DNA of 62,508 bases, counting the filler, from Klebsormidium nitens (taxonomy: Eukaryota; Plantae; Klebsormidiophyceae): the NCBI GenBank assembly GCA_000708835.1. It is 4 parts of 4 records of this genome, joined end to end, with 100 filler letters (N's around TTAATTAATTAA, not from the genome) between each part and the next. Parts side by side here need not be neighbours in the genome. Positions count along the whole stretch, not along the records: positions 1 to 7,867 come from DF237933.1; positions 7,968 to 33,417 come from DF237838.1; 2 more parts are not named here. One strand, given 5' to 3'. The notes beneath the pieces are model-generated. The model saw only the letters and a list, made by a program, of their open reading frames with translations, made no database searches and had not been told where the DNA came from. Positions 1 through 12,400 of this stretch are shown piece after piece. The position numbers and the translations under genes were made by a program. Each line of letters begins with the position of its first letter. Within the stretch, counting starts at the first letter, position 1.

Positions 1-2521
1 AAAAGGAGGCTTAGGCTTGCGATTAGAAAGTAGAAAGATGCTAGAAAAACCGCCGCTTCTGGCAAGTAAAACCCCCAATCTCAATTAGATCAAACATTGA
101 CATAAGCTCCTAAGGAAAGGCCATGATTTTTTGATTGTTCCCGTTGCTTGTCAGCAGAGCGAAAGGGAAGAGTGGGACTGCTGACGCACGCCGAAACGAG
201 TAACGACACCAGAGCAACGAGCACTGGCGCAGGTTGAGGTCAATCAAAGCCGGCCCGGATCTGCGGGTTTGCCCTAGGTGAGTCAGACTTGCAATAAGTT
301 ACAACCGTTTAGGCCCGCAGACTCAACGCTCCCTCTCAGCACACCTTGAAAGGACGAGAGGAACCCATGACTACTGGCACTTTAAAAAAATTCTGTGGGA
401 GACCATGTGCTTTCGAAAGCCCTCGCTTAGTCGGCGGTGCCTCCACTTGGTTCTCTTTCTCGAGCGGCGTAGACTTGTCTGGAGCCTGAAGGGTGCCTTA
501 CCTCGCCCAATGAGAAGTATAATGTACCAAAGGAAAGCGTCTGCTTGTGACTCTTGAAAGCCGAATTATGTGGATGTCTCACTTCGGGAAGAACTAAGAA
601 AGTGACGATTCAATTGATATGCCAAAAGTGTGAGTGTTTGCCACAGATTTGAGGTTTGGTGGTTTGGTGGTTTGAGGTTTGGTGGTATTCCCTATCAAGA
701 TTGGAATACTTTCCGCCGTAACGGAAAGACTTTCACTTCGCAGTCTGGTCCTTCCGCCTTTGCTTTCTGCCCTTCCGTCGGCTGTGTGCACCATCGAAGC
801 ACCGGGTACCTTCAAGCGCCAGTCTTTTGATTTTCTGTACATGCCAGACTCCCTTCTCTCAAACACTCAGCCGCTGGGCCCCAGCGACGCCCGTCCGACC
901 CCCGGCTCTTCCCACATTTCGCCTGACTCTCATATCCCTTGCTCAATACTCCGCCTCCCCTCGTTTGCAGAAGTCCCCACCTCAAGCGTCAATATCGAAC
1001 TAGCCTGGAGGGCTCCGCGAGAAGAGCGGCGCTCAGAGTGTCAATGCCGCGGGCCACAAAGGGGAGATACCAAGAACAGCAACAGCGAGTCTCGAGAGGA
1101 CAGCGGACAGCGGGACGAGCGACCGGACCTTGAACTCGTATACGCTGACCGGAACTTCCTTCTTGCGTACTTCCGCAGCGTCGGCGTCAGCCAGCGCGGC
1201 CCGGGAACGGAATTTGCGAGTTGGGGTTAAACATCGGGTTGTCGTGCGACATAACCTCGCAGTNNNNNNNNNNNNNNNNNNNNAGAAGGAGGCTTAGGCT
1301 TGCGATTAGGAAGTAGAAAGATGCTGGAAGAACCGCCGCTTCTGGCAAGTAAAACCCCCAATCTCAATTAGATCAAACATTGACATAAGCTCCTAAGGAA
1401 AGGCCATGATTTTTTGATTGTTCCCGTTGCTTGTCAGCAGAGCGAAAGGGAAGAGTGGGACTGCTGACGCACGCCGAAACGAGGACCGACACCAGAGCAA
1501 CGAGCACTGGCGCAGATTGAGGTCAATCAAAGCCGGCCCGGATCTGCGGGTTTGCCCTAGGTGAGTCAGACTTGCAATAAGTTACAGCCGTTTAGGCCCG
1601 CAGACTCAACGCTCCCTCTCAGCACACCTTGAAAGGACGAGAGGAAGCCATGACTGCTGGCACTTTAAAAAAATTCTGTAGGAGACCATGTGCTTTCGAA
1701 AGCCCTCGCTTAGTCGGCGGTGCCTCCACTTGGTTCTCTTTCTCGAGCGGCGTAGACTTGTCTGGAGCCTGACGGGTGCCTTACCTCGCCCAATGAGAAG
1801 TATAATGTACCAAAGGAAAGCGTCTGCTTGTGACTCTTGAAAGCCGAATTATGTGGATGTCTCACTTCGAGAAGAACTGGGGAAAGTGAAGATTCAATTG
1901 ATACGCCAAAAGTGTGAGTGTTTGCCACAGATTTGAGGTTTGGTGGTTTGGTGGTTTGAGGTTTGGTGGTATTCCTTATCAAGATTAGAATACTTTCCGC
2001 CGTAACGGAAAGACTTTCACTTCGCAGTCTGGTCCTTCCGCCTTCGCTTTCCGCCCTTCCGTCGGCTGTGTGCACCATCGAAGCACCGGGTACCTTCAAG
2101 CGCCAGTCTTTTGATTTTCTGTACATGCCAGACTCCCTTCTCTCAAACACTCAGCCGCTGGGCCCCAGCGACGCCCGTCCGACCCCCTCTTCCCACATTT
2201 CGCCTGACTCTCATATCCCTTGCTCAGTACTCCGCCTCCCCTCGTTTGCAGAAGTCCCCACCTCAAGCGTCAATATCGAACTAGCCTGGAGGGCTCCGCG
2301 AGAAGAGCGGCGCTCAGAGTGTCAATGCCGCGGGCCACAAAGGGGAGATACCAAGAACAGCAACAGCGAGTCTCGAGAGGACAGCGGACAGCGGGACGAG
2401 CGACCGGACCTTGAACTCGTGTACGCTGACCGGAACTTCCTTCTTGCGTACTTCCGCGGCGTCGGCGTCAGCCAGCGCGGCCCAGGAACGGAATTTGCGA
2501 GTTGGGGTTAAACATCGGGTT
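1..2521. repeat. Tandem duplication of a ~1.24-kb unit (copy 1 = 1-1240, copy 2 = 1284-2521) across a 20-N gap
   Basis: Copies align end to end (aaggaggcttaggcttgcgatta ... ggggttaaacatcgggtt) with about 2-3% substitutions and small indels counted by eye. The duplicated ORFs 679-1230 and 1963-2511 have no recognisable domain. Copy 1 diverges after 1240, while copy 2 continues into 2522+. Confidence 0.9.
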
Positions 2522-3063
2522 TGACGATGGCAAGAGAACCCCAGAAGCACCCCGGAGCGCTGCGCGCTCTTGTGCCCCAGGACTGTCCCCAGGCAGCTTT
2601 GCCTCCACCATTCCGATCGCTCGCCCGCATTCAAAGGGGAGGGCAGAACTAGAGAAGGGCATAATGTATTTGTGGGTCTGGATCACACGGATGGCAAGTC
2701 CGGGCGGGGCGTCGCAGGAACAGGTCGCGGAAAGTGGGTCGGGGCTCGGTACGCCGGAAGTCCGCTCGACTCCCTCTGCCATTGAGCACGGGGATTTCGG
2801 GGGTTGCCGGAAGGAGAACGTTTCTTTTAGCAAGGAGGGGCTTCTTTGACAGATGCCTGATGCCCGCCCAGGGCGCTCACTGAGGATCCTTGGTCGGACG
2901 CAGTTCAACGAGCGCAACCCCCGTCTCCGAAGCAGGCCAGCCGGAATTAGCAACTGGAAGGGATGTTCGGTGCAGAGCGGCGAGCGGATCCCCCCTTCGA
3001 GCAACCGGTTGGGGAGCACATTCGACCGGAATCCAGGGGTGTCAAAGCAGTCGGGGGGCTCAA

Positions 3064-3315
3064 AGTTTGTGGCCCTTGCTTTATGGGACAAGCTGTTGTT
3101 TTATCGAGTTTGCTTCTTTAATTGGATCTAGGTTTGACTTTGACCGATACGGTCTTGTACCTCGTTCTAGCCCTCGCCAAGCTGATCTGATTCTTACTGC
3201 AGGGACTGTTACAATGAAGATGGCCCCTTCTTTAGTAAGGCTTTATGAGCAAATGCCTGAACCTAAGTATGTCATTGCTATGGGCGCATGCACAATAACG
3301 GGTGGGATGTTCAGC
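3064..3315 (+). pseudogene. ndhK: Nuclear plastid-DNA insertion (NUPT): internal fragment of plastid ndhK
   Basis: 84 uninterrupted codons read [84 protein letters not shown], the NdhK/NuoB consensus. The tract is AT-richer than its flanks, has no introns and lacks both ends of the gene. Confidence 0.92.
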
Positions 3316-6300
3316 ATAATGTACAAGAGGGTGAGATATCCGAGCTTCAAGTAAACGTTCTACTTTAGGTAAGCCTTGGACAATATCGGCGGTTTTAGGA
3401 CGAGTATATACAAGACCGGGCAGGTTAGCGACTGGAGCGACTGAGATCCCCGCTATGGAGTTCGTTGACGGTGGGGGGCTCGGAAGTTACGGCCGTGAAT
3501 ACGATGGACGGCGCACTCGACTCCGTGCGAGTCCCGCCTAAACGAGGTTGATGACGTCATGCAGCCGCACCCGTTCTTCGGCTGCTGCGGCTCTTGCCGA
3601 GGGAGGGTTCCTCGGCGAGCGTCGGACAGGGCCGCAGCAGAACTTCGGCCGCGCGGAGAACGAGAGCGGGGTCAATGTGGGCCCAAGATTGAAGCTTGAA
3701 CGGGCTGACGAAGATGCTGATGTGGTCCAGGGGGAAATAAGGGAGCTATTATCCGGTAACTTCTATCGCTTTTGGGTGCATATATTTCTCTCGATCCCCG
3801 TCTCTTTGGCAAGTTGATGGTGCACTCTGGCAAGATGCGGAGGCCGATAAAACGCAACTCTGCTGTCCTTTTGCCGTACTTGTTGTCGCCTTATTCTGCT
3901 GATGCGGGCCACGTAACTTCAATGGAACAACGCTTGTTAACGACAGTCGACGGCGATGATTACAGAGGCTTCCGCACAACAGGTCTGTATCATCGTAGAA
4001 GGCTCCAATCCGTTTGAACGTTTTTTCTCACGGCCCCCTTGCTGCCGTTATCCTTCGATGAAAGTGGAATCAAGGGCCTCCTTTCCTTCAACTTCAAGCG
4101 CCCTCAGCTTGCGTAAATTTCCATCTCTCCGCCCCACTCTGTTTGCCACGCTCTTGTGCCATCAAGCGCTTGTATTTCTTGTCATCAATTCGAGAATTTA
4201 AAAGAGCTCTCTTACAACTCGTCGAACATTGGGGCTTCCACGTGGGATAAGTGCAGTCCGCCGCTACGACCTTTTTCAAAATTTGAACTGCCCGATGATG
4301 ACTGACTCCGAAGTTTTACTCTCTTCGCAGCCGGTTGCCGCACCGTCCCCCAGCTTCCAACCACAATTTCCACACCCTGCACTGCTCCACAACGGCCCCT
4401 CTCCTTACGCCAACCATTGAGCGACGTGGCTCGGCAGTTAGCAAACGGGGGGGCCAAATCAATCGCAAAGCGCCCCCCCGAGCGGCAGCCTGGTTGGACC
4501 CCTGTCCAGGCAATCTTCAGTGAGCACTCAAGTTTCCGGAGGGGGCCGAGTGACGCGGTAATCTCTTCTTTGGATCCGAGCGACTGAGCGGCGCGTAATC
4601 TGCCGGGAAAGAAGCGGCTTTCGACCGAGAGTACGGACTGGGCCGGGGGAGAGCGGGGGGTTAGTGGACGGTTAGTGGACCGGGGTTACAATGGTAAGCG
4701 GCCATTTTCAAGGACAAGACGCAGGAGGTGAGTTGGCTCTTCGCCGTTCGTAAAGGACTCAGTTCCGTGGTTCAGGCCGAAGGAATACCACCGTCCTTTT
4801 TCAGGGCGGAGATTCGTGAGAAATCTTCTGTACTCCTCCTGGGCCCGTGCTCTCGTTAGGTTATAAGCTGTCATGTCATAAGGGAAGCATTTCTTGCTGT
4901 TGCACGGACGTGCACGTCCAGCAGTTGCAGACAGAGAGATCTCCGCTGACACCATGTTGCTTTCCGTTCGGGTCATTGATGGGGCAACGCGCAGAAGGTG
5001 AGGAGTGCCGGGTAGGCTGAAGAATCTTCAGACGGACGGAGACATCTGAGATAGGATCCGCCGTAGGTGAGGAAATGTATCACAAACGGCCTGGCAGATT
5101 GACACACAGATTGAGACGGGACCATGAAAGGACTGAAACAGCTCAAACTGTCTGTTGGACTGGTTGACAGCTGGCGGTAAGATGATTTATGTGTAGGAAC
5201 TCGGAGCTCGCACGTTATGTGGTACTTGGACGCAACGCCGAGAGTTGCGCACTCGTAGATGTACAATATTGAACAGGCCTTCGTCCTTTCATTGTAGACA
5301 TTTGAACACGCCTTGTCCGCATGTCAAGGTCATGAAAAGCAAATCCTTGACCCCCTCGAAATGTCCCCCCTTATATTTTTGAGCTGACAGTGCAAGGAGT
5401 CGTTACATTTGGCATGGCGAAAGATAAGAGTCCCTTAACGTTGCACAACAAATTTTGTTGCGGTCCATTCTTCAAGGTGACTCCTCAACGTTCGACGCAG
5501 TGCTTTTTGCTTCGCCTCTCAGATGTTAACTCAGCGACATTAGCGTAACGTCATGGCCTCTTCAAAGCTAGATTCGCTGAACGATAGGAGTACGAATCAA
5601 TACCCGCCTTCGTAATGCTGCCCTACAAATCCACAGCAATTGTGGCCTACTAAGTTGACTCTTGCAAGTCACGAGTCCTCAGATTGAAAGCTCAATCATT
5701 CAAATGATGCTTCGTTCAGGCTAATTGCACAGTCCGGCTCGGCCCGGCATGGTGGAACAATTATGCACACTCGTAAATGAGAACGATCGCGTCACTTTCA
5801 ATTTACTTCAACGCTTCAGTAATTCATTCACACAGGTAGGCCGGCAGTTTTCTCAGTATCAGGGGAGTATCAGGCATGACATTTTATAACATCATCTTCT
5901 TATATTTGAAGAACTGTAGTGTCTATCCAGATCTCAAGTCCATTGCATTCTTGCCAAAGGTATAATAGTTCGTGAGAGTTTGACAATCTTGGAGAGTCCG
6001 TGCCCGACGACTCCGTCAGCCTAAGTGAACTGGTCCGAGTTACAAGTGCAGTGCGCGAGGCTCGGGCGCCGCGCGGCCGCCGTGCGCCTTGTATTCAATT
6101 GCTAGTGGAAATCGGCGGCCGGCCGCGCGGCCGGGCAGCCCCGCCGTGCCGCCACTGCCGCCGGGGTTTAGATTAAACCTTGGAGTCGCGCTGCGCCCGC
6201 GCGCCGACGAGAACAATTTCTGCATATTGGCTTGCCTCTTTACTCTTAGTAAAGAGAGAGCTATAGTTTTCGACGAACGTCGCGGTTCGGGCGACGCTGT

Positions 6301-6643
6301 ATGACGTCGCGGTGCGGGCGTGACTGCCGCGAGCCTGCGATGATGTCCGAGATTGGCGGCGTTCGACGATAAATCGTACACCGATTTTGACCGTGTGGGC
6401 GCATGGTTATGGCCACTTTTTTCAGACTCCGCCGCGCGGCTGCGTGAAATGTGCCTCGCCGTCGAATGCGCCCGCGCTGCCGCCCGGATGGACAGACGTA
6501 ACGCTGTAACATGATTGCTGCACTATTTCATCTGCTACTTGATCTTTCTTCCCTTGGTCGCTCCTTCTTCTAATGCTGCTTGATGTAGGAAGCATAGCTA
6601 CAAGCGCCTGGGCGCTTCGGGGCGCCTGGGCAGCCATTCAGTC

Positions 6644-7199
6644 ATGGCTACGCCATTGGCGTTGGAAGCCGGTTCAAACCCTCAGGAATTGGTTGACAGC
6701 TATGTACAAGTCATTAGCCCAGTTGCCGCTTACGAGCCATTCTGTGGAAAGGTGGTCAGCTGGGATGGCCCTGATGCGGGTTATACTCTTAGGAAGATGG
6801 GCACTTGTAAGCTTATCTCTGCTGTTGTTGCCAAAGATATGCAATTTATTCCGCAACAGTACAACGCAATGCTGGGTTCTCCTCCTGTTCCTCAAGCATC
6901 CTCCGCAGCTCTTCGTGCATGCGATAACTCACGCTCGCCAGCATAAAAGAAGCAACATCATTCCCAACTTCATACGACAGCCCACTTCGCCCCCCGCGTT
7001 TCAAGCGCACCGCAATCATGGCTGCTGTTGCCAGCGACTACCACCTTGACAGCCCCAGAGTGAAGCCCGTCGTCACCAAAATAGGAGAACTCCTGGTCCT
7101 TATGGCGGACGGAAATCCGCAAGACTTCAAGGACGTCATGTGCACGGCCATCAACTGCGAGCAGTTCAACCATGGCGGCATCATCATGGCCAAGGACAG
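6644..7199 (+). CDS. Putative 5' exons of an unidentified protein gene (about 6644-6858 and 6981-7199), continuation not seen
   Basis: ATG at 6644. The 7018-7199 segment has GC3-rich codons (DYHLDSPRVKPVVTKIGELLVLMADGNPQDFKDVMCTAINCEQFNHGGIIMAKD) and ends at a strong AG|GTAAGT donor at 7200. A phase-compatible GT-AG intron can link the two ORFs. No family recognised. Confidence 0.3.
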
Positions 7200-7867
7200 G
7201 TAAGTACCTCCTGCGCTGCATTCTGCACTCTGATGAATCCTACATCCGTCTTTCTGTGCACTGACCAGCACCTGCATGGCATTGAAATCATATCACAGGT
7301 GCAACCACACTTATCAATGCATGTGTCCAAAACTCGAAAAATCTCTCCTACACAGCTGTTCTGGTATTTGTTCACCCAAATTCCACTGCTTTTCGAAATG
7401 CAACACGTCCTGCGGGTTAAATCTTAGTCGCCTTCCTTCAGCGTGTTCCATCTTTAATTCCGACTCTTCACCAATGTCACACCTGAACCCTGTGGACCCT
7501 CTTACACCTCTTATTCTAAATTTCATCTCTGTGCAAATCTTTCTCTAAATCTAAATCCAAATCTTCAATCTTCCACTCACTGCAACTTCTCACTGCCCTC
7601 TCCCCCACATCCCTCCCCCTTATCCCCTCCTCCCCCTACCCTCCGCGGCCCCACCAGTTCCCCCCGACATCAGTGCTTCAAATTCTTCTCTGTCCGTGAA
7701 TCACGACAATCTCCTCATCTAACCACAAACAGCTCACCGCTCGCCTGAACACCCCCTCACCTCCCCATTTGCGCACGCCTCTAAGCAACGACTGCAAGAC
7801 AACCAAAATCTTGGCCATTCTCGTGCAGGGCGTTCGCAGGGTCAAGTATATTCGTGTCAGCATATTC

Positions 7868-7967
7868 NNNNNNNNNNNNNNNNNNNNNNNNNNNNNNNNN
7901 NNNNNNNNNNNTTAATTAATTAANNNNNNNNNNNNNNNNNNNNNNNNNNNNNNNNNNNNNNNNNNNN
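7868..7967. other. Assembly gap with TTAATTAATTAA linker (same at 33418-33517 and 49269-49367)
   Basis: An identical 12-mer, which has stops in all six frames, is centred in ~100-nt N runs. Confidence 0.95.
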
Positions 7968-9243
7968 AATAGGACCAGCTGCTGTCGCTCCCGCTCCAGC
8001 CGCTGCAGCCATGTTGGCTACTCGTCCGGATAAAGGAGTGACCAAACAAACCGCAGGTCCTCGAACAGCTGCTCGATAGTTGAGAGCACCTGTCGCAGCT
8101 CCCCCGGTGCTGTCCGAACGTCGTTTGGATCCCGACGGGACAGCTCCCGAATTCGGTGAAGCTCCCTCCCCACTTGGTGAAGCAGGGTTGCGCGTTGAAG
8201 ACGCAGCTCCGTGTGCTCGTACACACTCAGCTCTTGTCCCCTCCTCTCCGGATGCCCTGGGTTCCCCGTCTTGACGCCTTAAGGAAACGCATCGAAATTG
8301 AACGGAAAGATCTTGAAGAAGATCACTCAGGACTGAGAGATCAGGAGAATCGGACATGGGAAAGATCGAAAAAGACCTCTGAGACCACTGTGACGGCGGG
8401 GCTAGTTAGCACGCCGTTGGAGTGAATACACTTACGGCTATCAGTCTGCTTACACATGTGCGGAAACCATGGGCAAGCTTTACAGCCAACAGACAAGGAA
8501 GACACGTGAGAGCGCCTCTCTGTAAAAGTGTTGCTTGATGCTTCCAAGTTCTGTCTGCTGTGTTCCCACTCACGAAGAGGCTGGTCGCAGAAACTTGACT
8601 CTTTGCATACGCCTTGCGGTTGCCCAGCAAGACTTGCTAACTCTGTAGCAGAAGAGATCCCAGTCGAGAAGAGCAGACAACATCGCACCGTTGACTGACT
8701 CGACACTGGTCACGTCTCAACCACATAGAGAAGCTACAGCAAAGAACGCAATCTTAGCCACACACGTAGAGAACGACACGCTGTCACGATAAGCTTCACA
8801 AGTCGAGACAGAAAGCGTGGTCACGGCATCATGACGTGACGAGATTTGCATGGACAGCAAACATCTACGTGTACAGATAGGAGAAGCGGCGAACAGCTAA
8901 AGATCCTATCTTCTTGTCTTACATGGTAATGTTACCTGCTTGACAAGACGACATCAATATCCAGGGGATACTGATCACGGATCGAATGGCTCTGCCATAA
9001 GATTCCTCCTTGCATAGACGGATAATCCGTTAAGTGCAAGCGTGATCCTAAGGGATCGCGTCAAATACGACAGAAAGTCGAAGCTTTGACAAGACGTCCT
9101 CCTTCAGAGAACTAGAATGGCGCGTCCTGCAGACGTTCCTGCCATTCAGACGACAGAACACTCGGTTAGCGTAACTGTGCGAGAACGACGTTAGACTTAA
9201 CCAGAGTACCTAATCGTCACAAGCACGCACACTCGCGTCGACA
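7968..9243 (-). mobile_element. Possible 5' end of an LTR retrotransposon (LTR-like tract, leader, low-complexity gag-like ORF running into the gap)
   Basis: The minus strand starts TGTCGACGCG at 9243. The ORF 7968-8357 is open into the gap and low in complexity, and the layout resembles 54.9-56 kb. No PBS or conserved domain was found. Confidence 0.3.
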
Positions 9244-10776
9244 TTCCTCACCTCGGCTGGTTGCCACGTCGGCAGCATCGCAACTGCACGGCTGTTGGTA
9301 CGGCGCCGGCTCTGCGCGGCACAAAATGATCTGTGACACACGCGCAGCCGGAGCCTAAACCTTCAGCAGTTGTGATGCGGCCGACAAATGACACCCAGCC
9401 GGGGGCACGGCCAAAACGTTAAGAACCGAGTGTGCGTCCTGCTGGAAAGCGGGGCTTTCAGTTCGATTCGAAACACAACCGGAGGGCTGTCCTTAGTTGT
9501 TAGCTAGAGGATACCGGCCTGGGGTGGCAACTGGGGGGGCTGGTATACGAGGTCTGCGACCAAGAGATTGGGCTTGTACCCACTTGATTATTGGTCTATT
9601 GAGCACATTTGGGCTTGCTTTTCACCATATTCGAGGTAAAAAGTATTTATTTAAATATATTTATTGCAGTTTTCACCCCCTTATCTTGGTCGCACACCAC
9701 CTTCAGGGATACCAGACGCATTCAAGCCTGATCGAGGACCGAGGTTGCACGAGTGATTGCCGCATTCGATTCCGTCGTAACTACATGACGGTTGTCGCCC
9801 AACACCGGAACGGAATCTGCGTCCCCCCATGTACCGGGTCGGAGGGCGATACAACCGGCCCCACGGTATCGATAATCGAAGCAACATTTGCAGACTTGGG
9901 TAACCCGGTAATCTGGCACGCATACATAAATTTAGCTAATGCATGGCACACCGTACAGTGTAGCTGATGGCCGGCCCGAGACAGGTCACACTGCACAGCA
10001 CTGCGTTAACCTCTGGGTTATGTCAGTTAGGAATCACTCAGTCGATACCCGTGAACAGTTGATCACCCGGGCCTCAATATTGTCTCCCCCGGGGCGTCGT
10101 CGCGAGTTCCGCAATCGGCGCCGGCAGTCAGATGAGCACCGCCCGCGTCTCAACCTGTCCACGTCATCAGTGACATCACTGTTTGGCGCCAATCGCTGGA
10201 AGCAGACAAGAAGTTCAAGTTCGAGGCCGCACAGTGCACACTGCAGACTGCAGTGCGCACTGCAGTGAACTCACGGCCAGTGACGAATCGCACCTTTTCC
10301 GACTTCGGCGCTCTAGCACCTCAGGCTCGGCTCGTTTGAAAAGCAGATCAAATTCGGAGGTGCGTGTGCCAAAGCCTAAGCCTAAGGCGCAGCCGGCTCT
10401 GGACAGAAGCTGTGTGTGTGACTAGTAATACAAGCTCTCTGCGCTTTCTTTTTACCATCTCTTTCCTGTCCAGCCTATCAGAGTAGGTCTACGTTCCTTC
10501 TCAGTTAGCTCGTCCCTGCTTTCTTGAAATCACAGTGATACGCACACCTGCTGGGGTCCTCACAACCCGATTGGACACTTTCAACCAGGTCGAGTCCCCA
10601 CTAAAAGCCAAGTTTGTGTGCGACAACAGCGCACGGAGCAGACTGAGAGTATTCAGCATTTGTTGCAGGAGATTGAAACCCTGAGCAGGGCTTCTTCTTG
10701 CATCTTAAGGAAGCAGTGCATCATAGTCAGGTCCATTTTGAAAAACAAGAGTCTCCGTAGTTTTGTCGGGAGAAGG

Positions 10777-12400
10777 ATGGTGCGGCAGAATGCCAGTCAC
10801 GGAGGCGGCGTAAGCTCCTTGAATTATCTCTTTGGGGAGCCAACATACCTGAAGAACACTCCCACACCATTAGATCTGGAGCATCTGGAGGCAGGCCTGC
10901 CAAGTCACAGGGTCAGCAGGGTAAAGGACGGGGCAAATCCTGTCTTGCCACATGTCAGAAGTCCGGACACCGTAAGTGTGTGCTCGCTCTGCATTACACT
11001 TTGCATTTCACACAGTTTGTCTCTTGTGGCTGAGGGAATTGAGGGAAGGGGTACAAGGCATGATTACCTCGTGAAAGGGCATATCCTCGTGAAAGGTCTT
11101 ATCTTTCCAAGTCGTGCAATTGGACGCCAGCTACGGTCCTGGAGTCAAATGTTAAAAGAAATGTCCTTGCAGAGTAAGCAATGCCTGTTGACCAAATGCC
11201 CGTCATGCTATTTCATGATTCTTCTGCCTCTTCTTAAATTTCATACTGCCGAAGCACCGCCATAAAATTTGGAGGATACATCTTGCGCAGAGAGCCCTGA
11301 CGGTTGTGATTGTTCCAAACTTCTTGACTCAACTGCTACTAAAAGACCAAAGGATTCAGTAAGAGATTGAGTGGTAACAGGCAGGTATAGCAAGCAGAAA
11401 ATGTCGTGGCTTCCTATTCAAACTTCCCAGCTTTCTTATGCATTGCACAAGACCTGAGTCGGGTCCAGCATTGACCAGCCCCGCTTTCAAGCCTGCAACA
11501 TTAAATTTGTAACTTTTCTCCGAGCCCTTAACGGCTATGCGAAAGGGCGTGTCAATGGCCGCTTGATTGGCCAGGAGCATCTTTTTGCAGTGAGCACCTG
11601 AGCTGTTGGCACCCTTGGATCCTCAAAGGTGGCTCCTTGGAGATTCTTATGTTTTCAAAGGGTCTTGGGTTTGTATCAACTTTGCAAGCGTGAGACAAAC
11701 TGGACGAACTTAGCATTTAACTCTGATGTTTCTTTACTTAGCTGGATTCTATATCCAACCTGACACCAAGCAACTGCATGCTTGTTTGCAACAGGCGGGA
11801 CCTTCAAGGGCAAAGGGCATCAGCAGCCTGCAGTTTGAGCCGTCTGCGACAGCGGAGTCGTGCTTGAAAGGGGACGAGCAATCAAACTGGGGCTATGCAG
11901 CCACCCCATCGTCAGTGACCCAAGCGTCATTCTCCCCGAAGCCGTCGACCAACGGCAGCGCTAGGCCGGCCGCTGGATTCCAAGCCCTTGTGAGTTTTGC
12001 AGGCTGCTTTGTCTTCCTCCTTTCTCCTCCCTATCCACTCTCCACAGTTTCGACTTTCTTCTGTGACCCGATTGGTGCACTACTTGTTTGGAACTGAATG
12101 GAGGTTGATGTGAGGGTCTCCTTCCCTTCGTTCTACGCTGGAAAAGCACATGGATTCTCCTGCTGTTCTTCCAGGTCTAGATGTTGATTGTAAGCAGTAT
12201 TATCGTTGAATCGAGCATGTCCAATGCAAGTCTATGCAGTGCACTCTGCCCGTTTCATGTTGCACCTCAGCAGCTTGCAAGCTTGTCATATGAGTCAACG
12301 TCTATATCTGAGCTTGATAAAATTGCAGGGCAACGGTGGGCATGGAAAGCCTTCACAACATGGCGAATCACAAATCGGCTACCTGTTTGGTAAAGATTAA
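10777..12400 (+). CDS. SPIRAL1-like (SPR1 family) putative microtubule-associated protein; exons 10777-10971, 11795-11989, 12329-12400
   Basis: The N-terminus MVRQNASHGGGVSSLNYLFGEP and C-terminus HGESQIGYLFGKD* match the terminal GGGxSSLxYLFG repeats of SPR1. All three exons are phase 0 with canonical sites (ACC|GTAAGT, CAACAG|, CTT|GTGAGT, TTGCAG|). Extra internal or upstream exons are possible. The central NNYxRxxGQN motif was not found. Confidence 0.6.

Noticed and set aside
178-198. Hammerhead-like CTGACGC...GAAAC
   Set aside because: The core must be CUGANGA, and no supporting stems or cleavage triplet were found.
2890-3354. 154-aa ORF as a functional nuclear ndhK
   Set aside because: Only the central 84 codons are NdhK. 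The flanks are unrelated, there is no transit peptide and the C-terminal part is missing.
6236-6256. 9-bp-stem hairpin as a Helitron 3' end
   Set aside because: No CTRR terminus follows at the expected distance, and no TC 5' end was identified.
7912-7923. TTAATTAATTAA palindrome inside N runs (also 33462-33473, 49313-49324) and ORFs ending LIN
   Set aside because: This is an artificial scaffolding linker, identical at three gaps.
11356-11600. Minus-strand CAHCKKML zinc-finger-like exon
   Set aside because: It depends on a hypothetical splice with no partner exon and lies antisense within the SPR1-like gene.
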